In this document: piece by piece, positions 59,115 through 64,000 of the stretch
How positions within the stretch are numbered: the first letter of the stretch is position 1
How the letters are laid out: each line of letters starts with the position of its first letter
Source: Fimbriosthenelais zetlandica
Taxonomy: Eukaryota
NCBI GenBank assembly: GCA_977030845.1
Contig: OZ365118.1
Span: forward strand, 18,600,001 to 18,664,000
DNA length: 64,000 nucleotides
Direction of reading: 5' to 3'
Translations under genes and position numbers: made by a program
The notes under the pieces: model-generated
What the model saw: the letters and a program-made list of their open reading frames with translations, nothing else
Told to the model about the DNA's origin: nothing
Databases searched by the model: none

Positions 59115-60691
59115 TTAGTTTTCAGGATGCCATGGTAACCTGGTAAACAGGCTGACTTATATTTTCAACAAGGTCGATTTCTATAGTTGGCATCCAGAAA
59201 AATGGTCTTAATACTCTTTAAACGGGTCGCCTTGTTACCCAGGGTCTGGTACATAGAGGAAAAGATTTGGGACAAGGAAAAAGTAGTCTTATATACCAGG
59301 TGGTCTAGTTGGAGGGATCTGTGGTCGTTTAACTGTATACATGTATATAGGCAGAGTTTCTATTATTATTGATTTCTCTGTTCCAGGATACAATGTGGCG
59401 CGCGATCATGACAAAGGATCATGGTTTAAACAAGAGCTGACACGCACGGACCAGACCTGACGGCGGAAGACAACTCAGCACGATGCAGTGTATTTCCTGC
59501 CCGCTTTATTGAGTAAAATGACATTGTAAAGTATCGTAGAATGCACAATTGGTGTACAATGTTCAATTATTGTATAATACACAATTAGTGTACCATGTGT
59601 CTCGGAAATTAGAGCAGCAGCAGAATGTATAACATGTTCACATAATTGCCTGGCCCCTCTCCTGAACGCCCAGCCCTTCCTTTAATTAAAGTTTGTCCTT
59701 AAACTTATTCCCAGCCCTTCCTATCCTTGAAATATTTCCCAGTCCTTCCTTTACTTAGTCTATCCTTGAAATAATTCCCATCCGTTGCTTTAATTAAAGT
59801 TTGTCCTTAAACTTATTTCCATCCATTTCTTTAATTAAAGTTTGTCCTTAAAATTATTCCCAGCCCTTCCTGTAATTAAAGTCAATCCTTGGAATAATTC
59901 CCAGCCCTTCCTTTAATTAGGCTATCCTTGGAATAATTCCCAGCCCTTCCTTTACTTAGTCTATCCTTGAAATAATTCCCAGCCCTTCATTTAATCAAAG
60001 CCCAGTCCCTTTATTGTGACATATGTAAGTCACATCTAATATTGTAGAAGGTGATATAATAATGATGAGGATTCCAGGTGTATAGTAGGTTTTATTGGAG
60101 AGTCGAGCTCAGAGTATAATATACAATGTCTGTGTTCGTATGAATGTCCAGTAGTGTTCTAAAGAGTGTCCCAAGGTGTTCTGTCTATGAACCCAAAGGT
60201 ATGGGTTTATATATAGTCAGGGGGGGAAGGCCCATACGCTAATAATAATATATACAATTGCTAAGAGATAAAGCTGCCTGCATCCCATGTCATCAAAGCA
60301 TTGATAATGACAATAGGGATGGCAAGCTTAAAGACCATGCCTGTTCCTGAGATGTACACATCTCTGGAGACAGGCTGGCTTGGATAAGGGACATAGACGT
60401 CTAGATTGGGAAACATTACAATTATGGAGACATGGATATAGAAACATGAAAGGGATTTAATATTGATAATAAATAATACTTGTGACACCTGTCGGTGACA
60501 CTATCAGAATAGTGATTAGAAAATGTGTCTGATATAGTAAGATGGATAATATTGTAGTTTTGAATTATGTACTTTCTTATCCAAACAAGACTTATCTGGA
60601 GTTCCTAATTAATTCATTTTAAGAACTTGTAACCTAAATGTTCTTAAAATGGACAGCAAAACAGGTACATGTGTTACCTAATTTTAATGAT

Positions 60692-61088
60692 TTCTTCTCA
60701 GGAAAAATCTTAGTTGATTGTGATTATGTTATGAGCATTGAAATATTGTGTTAATAGGATTCATGGAATTACTTTAATGAAGTTGCTTATTAGTACTGAT
60801 TTCTCAGTTCTTAGGTTCAAGAAATATTGGCATGGCTCAGTGCTTTCAAGGATTTCTGTATCAATCTTAATTTAATGTTCTTTGGCTTTCTTCTTCTGAG
60901 GAAAAGTCTTAGTTGATTGTGATTATGTTAACTTATGAGCATTGAAATATTGTGTTAATAGGATTCATGGAATTACTTTAATGAAGGTGCTCATAAGTAC
61001 TGATTTCTCAGTTCTTAGGTTCATGAAATATTGGCAGGGCACAGTGCTTTCAAGGATTTCTATATCAATCTTAATTTAATGTTCTTTG
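60692..61088. repeat. Tandem duplication of a ~200-bp segment
   Basis: ttcttct..ggaaaa.tcttagttgattgtgattatgtta...caatcttaatttaatgttctttg occurs twice. Confidence 0.9.
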
Positions 61089-61380
61089 CCTTTCCACACC
61101 CCCTTGTGAATTTCCTAATAGTTTTTTATACGAGAGGATTCATTTGAGATAATATAATATTCTAAATGGTGTATGACTGCCGAAGCCAAAGTATTAATAA
61201 AAAGGACATTCTGAAGTGAAGTGAAGTGTTTTCAATTTGTCTCCTATCATGCTGAGGCGTTCTGTGAGTTCAAACTCATCCTATCATATCATGCTGGGGG
61301 GTTCTGTGAGTTCAAACTCATCCTATCATATCATGCTGAGGCGTTCTATGACTCAGACGGCGTTAGACACTACATACACT

Positions 61381-62125
61381 TCAGACGAGGTCACTTGACC
61401 AGTCTCAAGATAAATCCCTCATTTCCCACTCTTATACACCAATTGACCACCCCGATTTGACTAAGACTGTGTCAGACACTTCAGAGACCTCAGAGACCTC
61501 AGACGAGGTCACTTGACCAGTCTCAAGATAAATCCCTCATTTCCCACTCTTATACACCAATTGACCACCCCGATTTGACTAAGACTGTGTCAGACACTTC
61601 AGAGACCTCAGACACCTCAGACGAGGTCACTTGGCCAGATAAAGCCCTCATTTCCCACTCTTATACACCAATTGACCACCCCGATTTGACTAAGACTGTG
61701 TCAGACACTTCAGAGACCTCAGACACCTCAGACGAGGTCACTTGACCAGTCTCAAGATAAATCCCTCATTTCCCACTCTTATACACCAATTGACCACCCC
61801 GATTTGACTAAGACTGTGTCAGACACTTCAGAGACCTCAGACACCTCAGACGAGGTCACTTGACCAGTCTCAAGATAAATCCCTCATTTCCCACTCTTAT
61901 ACACCAATTGACCACCCCGATTTGACTAAGACTGTGTCAGACACTTCAGAGACCTCAGAGACCTCAGACGAGGTCACTTGACCAGTCTCAAGATAAATCC
62001 CTCATTTCCCACTCTTATACACCAATTGACCACCCCGATTTGACTAAGACTGTGTCAGACACTTCAGAGACCTCAGAGACCTCAGACGAGGTCACTTGGC
62101 CAGATAAAGCCCTCATTTCCCACTC
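61381..62125. repeat. ~118-bp tandem repeat (~6.3 copies)
   Basis: Unit cagacgaggtcacttgaccagtctcaagataaatccctcatttcccactcttatacaccaattgaccaccccgatttgactaagactgtgtcagacacttcagagacctcaga(g/c)acct; one copy is shorter. Confidence 0.95.
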
Positions 62126-62138
62126 AGGATATCAGCTA

Positions 62139-62230
62139 GCTTCATGGCTCAGTGGTAACGTGTCTGCTTCTGGCACGAGAGTAGAGGGTTCGAACCCTGG
62201 TGATACGATGACAGTGTGTTTTTGGAGCGT
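62139..62230 (+). mobile_element. tRNA-derived SINE head or tRNA pseudogene
   Basis: Box A TGGCTCAGTGG (62145-62155), box B GGTTCGAACCC (62187-62197) and a residual anticodon stem GTGTC/GGCAC. The acceptor stem does not pair. Confidence 0.6.
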
Positions 62231-62310
62231 GCACTACTGCTTGAGGTAACTATGCATTTTGTTTCTAAATCAAAATCAGTTCGTTCTCACAACATTCACT
62301 GAACTAAAAC

Positions 62311-62482
62311 TTTTTGCCCTTATCACCATGGAAACTAACCGATACAATAATCTTTAATTATACATGCATGACATAGGTGGTTGACGTTCCTTGAATATTG
62401 AATGTAAAAATTGCTGAAATACTAATTACTGCAGTTGTTCTGGAAACTGAAAATAAATCTACTGAAAAAGCGACAAAATTAC
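62311..62482 (+). mobile_element. Solo copy of the 58521-59114 arm sequence
   Basis: tttgcccttatcaccatggaaactaaccgatacaat...ctgaaaaagcgacaaaattac aligns by eye with 58943-59114. Confidence 0.7.
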
Positions 62483-63125
62483 AGTTTTCTGTCAGTGTGA
62501 GAATGCTGAGCCATGCCCAGTAAGCAACCACTATCCTCGATATATGTTCTCTTAATAGACAGCCATCCCGCTAAAGTGATAATCATCTTTTGATATGATG
62601 AAGATTAAGATTAATGTGAGCTGGGCGGTGGACCCCCGGCTTTATAGCCTCAGGTGTAATCCGCCAGCCGTGTATGGTGTTTATGATGCTCCACGAGCTG
62701 CTCATCATCTACTCTAGGTGAGCTAATTATGGAAGCCATTCAGTGCTCCTAGTGAAGCCACACTATAAGACAGGCATGAAACTCTGTTTCCTATCACTGA
62801 TAAAACTCTCCATTAACCCTTTATCAACTTGTACAGTGGATCAGAGACCACTTGTCAGTGTAAATTATTTGATCAATTGTTGCTACTGTCATGATCGGTT
62901 GTATTATTTGTGAGGTTCTACTGTATATTATTATACCCCAATATGGTAGGCTACATGTATGTATACCTTGGTTGTAGTCATTGTTGGGTCATCTAATTAT
63001 TCTGGTGACTCTGTGATTAGGAGACAAGCAGACTTTTAAAGATTTGAGAATTTGCCTTCTACAGTTTGTTTTTCTGTACAACACTGGGTTGTGTTCTAGG
63101 GCATTTGCTAATGACGATGGAAAAG

Positions 63126-63705
63126 TTTGAGATGATATGATGGCACATGAACATTAATGGTCGCTTCCTTTTTTGCACATCAGAACCAGTGCTCAAAGTT
63201 GATCGATGGAGGTTAGATTTTGTATGTTATATAGTGTTATATATACAGACTATCCTTGGTGTTGTTCCATTGCATTTTTGTTCTGTTGTGTTTTAGGGCA
63301 TTTTGTAATGACGATAAGATGTAAACTTAGCCTGTTGTAGAAATTCATCATAATATTGTTACATGTGACTGGAGTTTAATCATACAAATTGGGGGAAAGG
63401 TAAGGCATGTTACAGTGATCGACTTATAAGAAATATTGTTTGATCTGCTTTGATAATTGGTTCTATCGGAACTGAACTATTATTTTGGAATTATTGTTTA
63501 AAGTATTAGAAGACGATGTAAAATATGTAGTTTTTAGGTTTAATGAAGACTAAAGTTTGAGATGATAGGATGGCACATGAACATTAATGGTCGCTTCCTT
63601 TTTTGCACATCAGAACCAGTGCTCAAAGTTGATCGATGGAGGTTAGATTTTGTATGTTATATAGTGTTATATATACAGACTATCCTTGGTGTTGTTCCAT
63701 TGCAT
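63126..63705. repeat. Direct duplication of ~150 bp (63126-63274 and 63557-63705)
   Basis: tttgagatgata(t/g)gatggcacatgaacattaatggtcgc...gttgttccattgcat occurs twice. Confidence 0.9.
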
Positions 63706-64000
63706 AAATGTCAAAACACGAGGGGTTTAACGGAGTAATGTAAATACATTTCATACTTGGCCCTTGACAATGATAACATGGCCCAGTACTCTATGCTTTT
63801 TGTATACTAAGAAGACTGGAAATCATGTTTATTTTTGTGTCATGAAATAAATAATGTACATAATATTATGGCGAATCTTGTTTATATATTTGAACAATGA
63901 AAATAATCAACTTCAATCAATCTGCTTCAACTCACAGAACGATTCCCCTCCCCCCGTCCCCACCCCCCCCCCCCCCCCCGGCCAAGTCTAAAACTTATAA

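Noticed and set aside
60261-60488. Protein-like minus-strand ORF (…VYISGTGMVFKLAIPIVIINALM…)
   Set aside because: No recognisable domain and no convincing partner exons in the window; cannot be supported without a search.
62139-62210. Functional tRNA gene
   Set aside because: Boxes A and B are present, but the acceptor stem does not pair and the T-stem and anticodon loop are non-canonical; treated as a SINE head or pseudogene.
62673-62716. Possible first coding exon MVFMMLHELLIIYS with donor AG|gtgagc
   Set aside because: Short, with no downstream exon identifiable before the window end.

Overview
Eukaryotic (metazoan, GT-AG spliced) genomic DNA. It is probably from a marine invertebrate such as a lophotrochozoan, but that is inferred from style only. 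Left end: a head-to-head pair, LRRC59 (minus strand, runs off the window) and PAM16 (plus strand), then a five-exon orphan gene for a secreted ~307-aa protein (minus strand). The window holds both subunits of NO-sensitive soluble guanylate cyclase in divergent orientation: alpha (minus, 6055-11038, 11 coding exons) and beta-1 type (plus, 50242-57842, 8 coding exons; His105, YxSxR and Ile145 intact). Between them is a compact cluster of three TATA-driven genes for secreted, Cys-free, low-complexity proteins: a (GGGH)n Gly/His protein, a 60-aa Gly/Tyr/Asn peptide and a His/Tyr/Gly/Pro protein with SSHGYDA repeats. This candidate biomaterial (sclerotisation, adhesive or metal-binding) cluster is the most novel-looking system here. 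About 26 kb with no recognisable coding sequence follows, rich in regulatory-type motifs and candidate non-coding exons. Introns carry many minisatellites, several duplicating the 5' splice site. There are also SINE-like and inverted-repeat elements. All gene models were spliced by hand; no database search was run.
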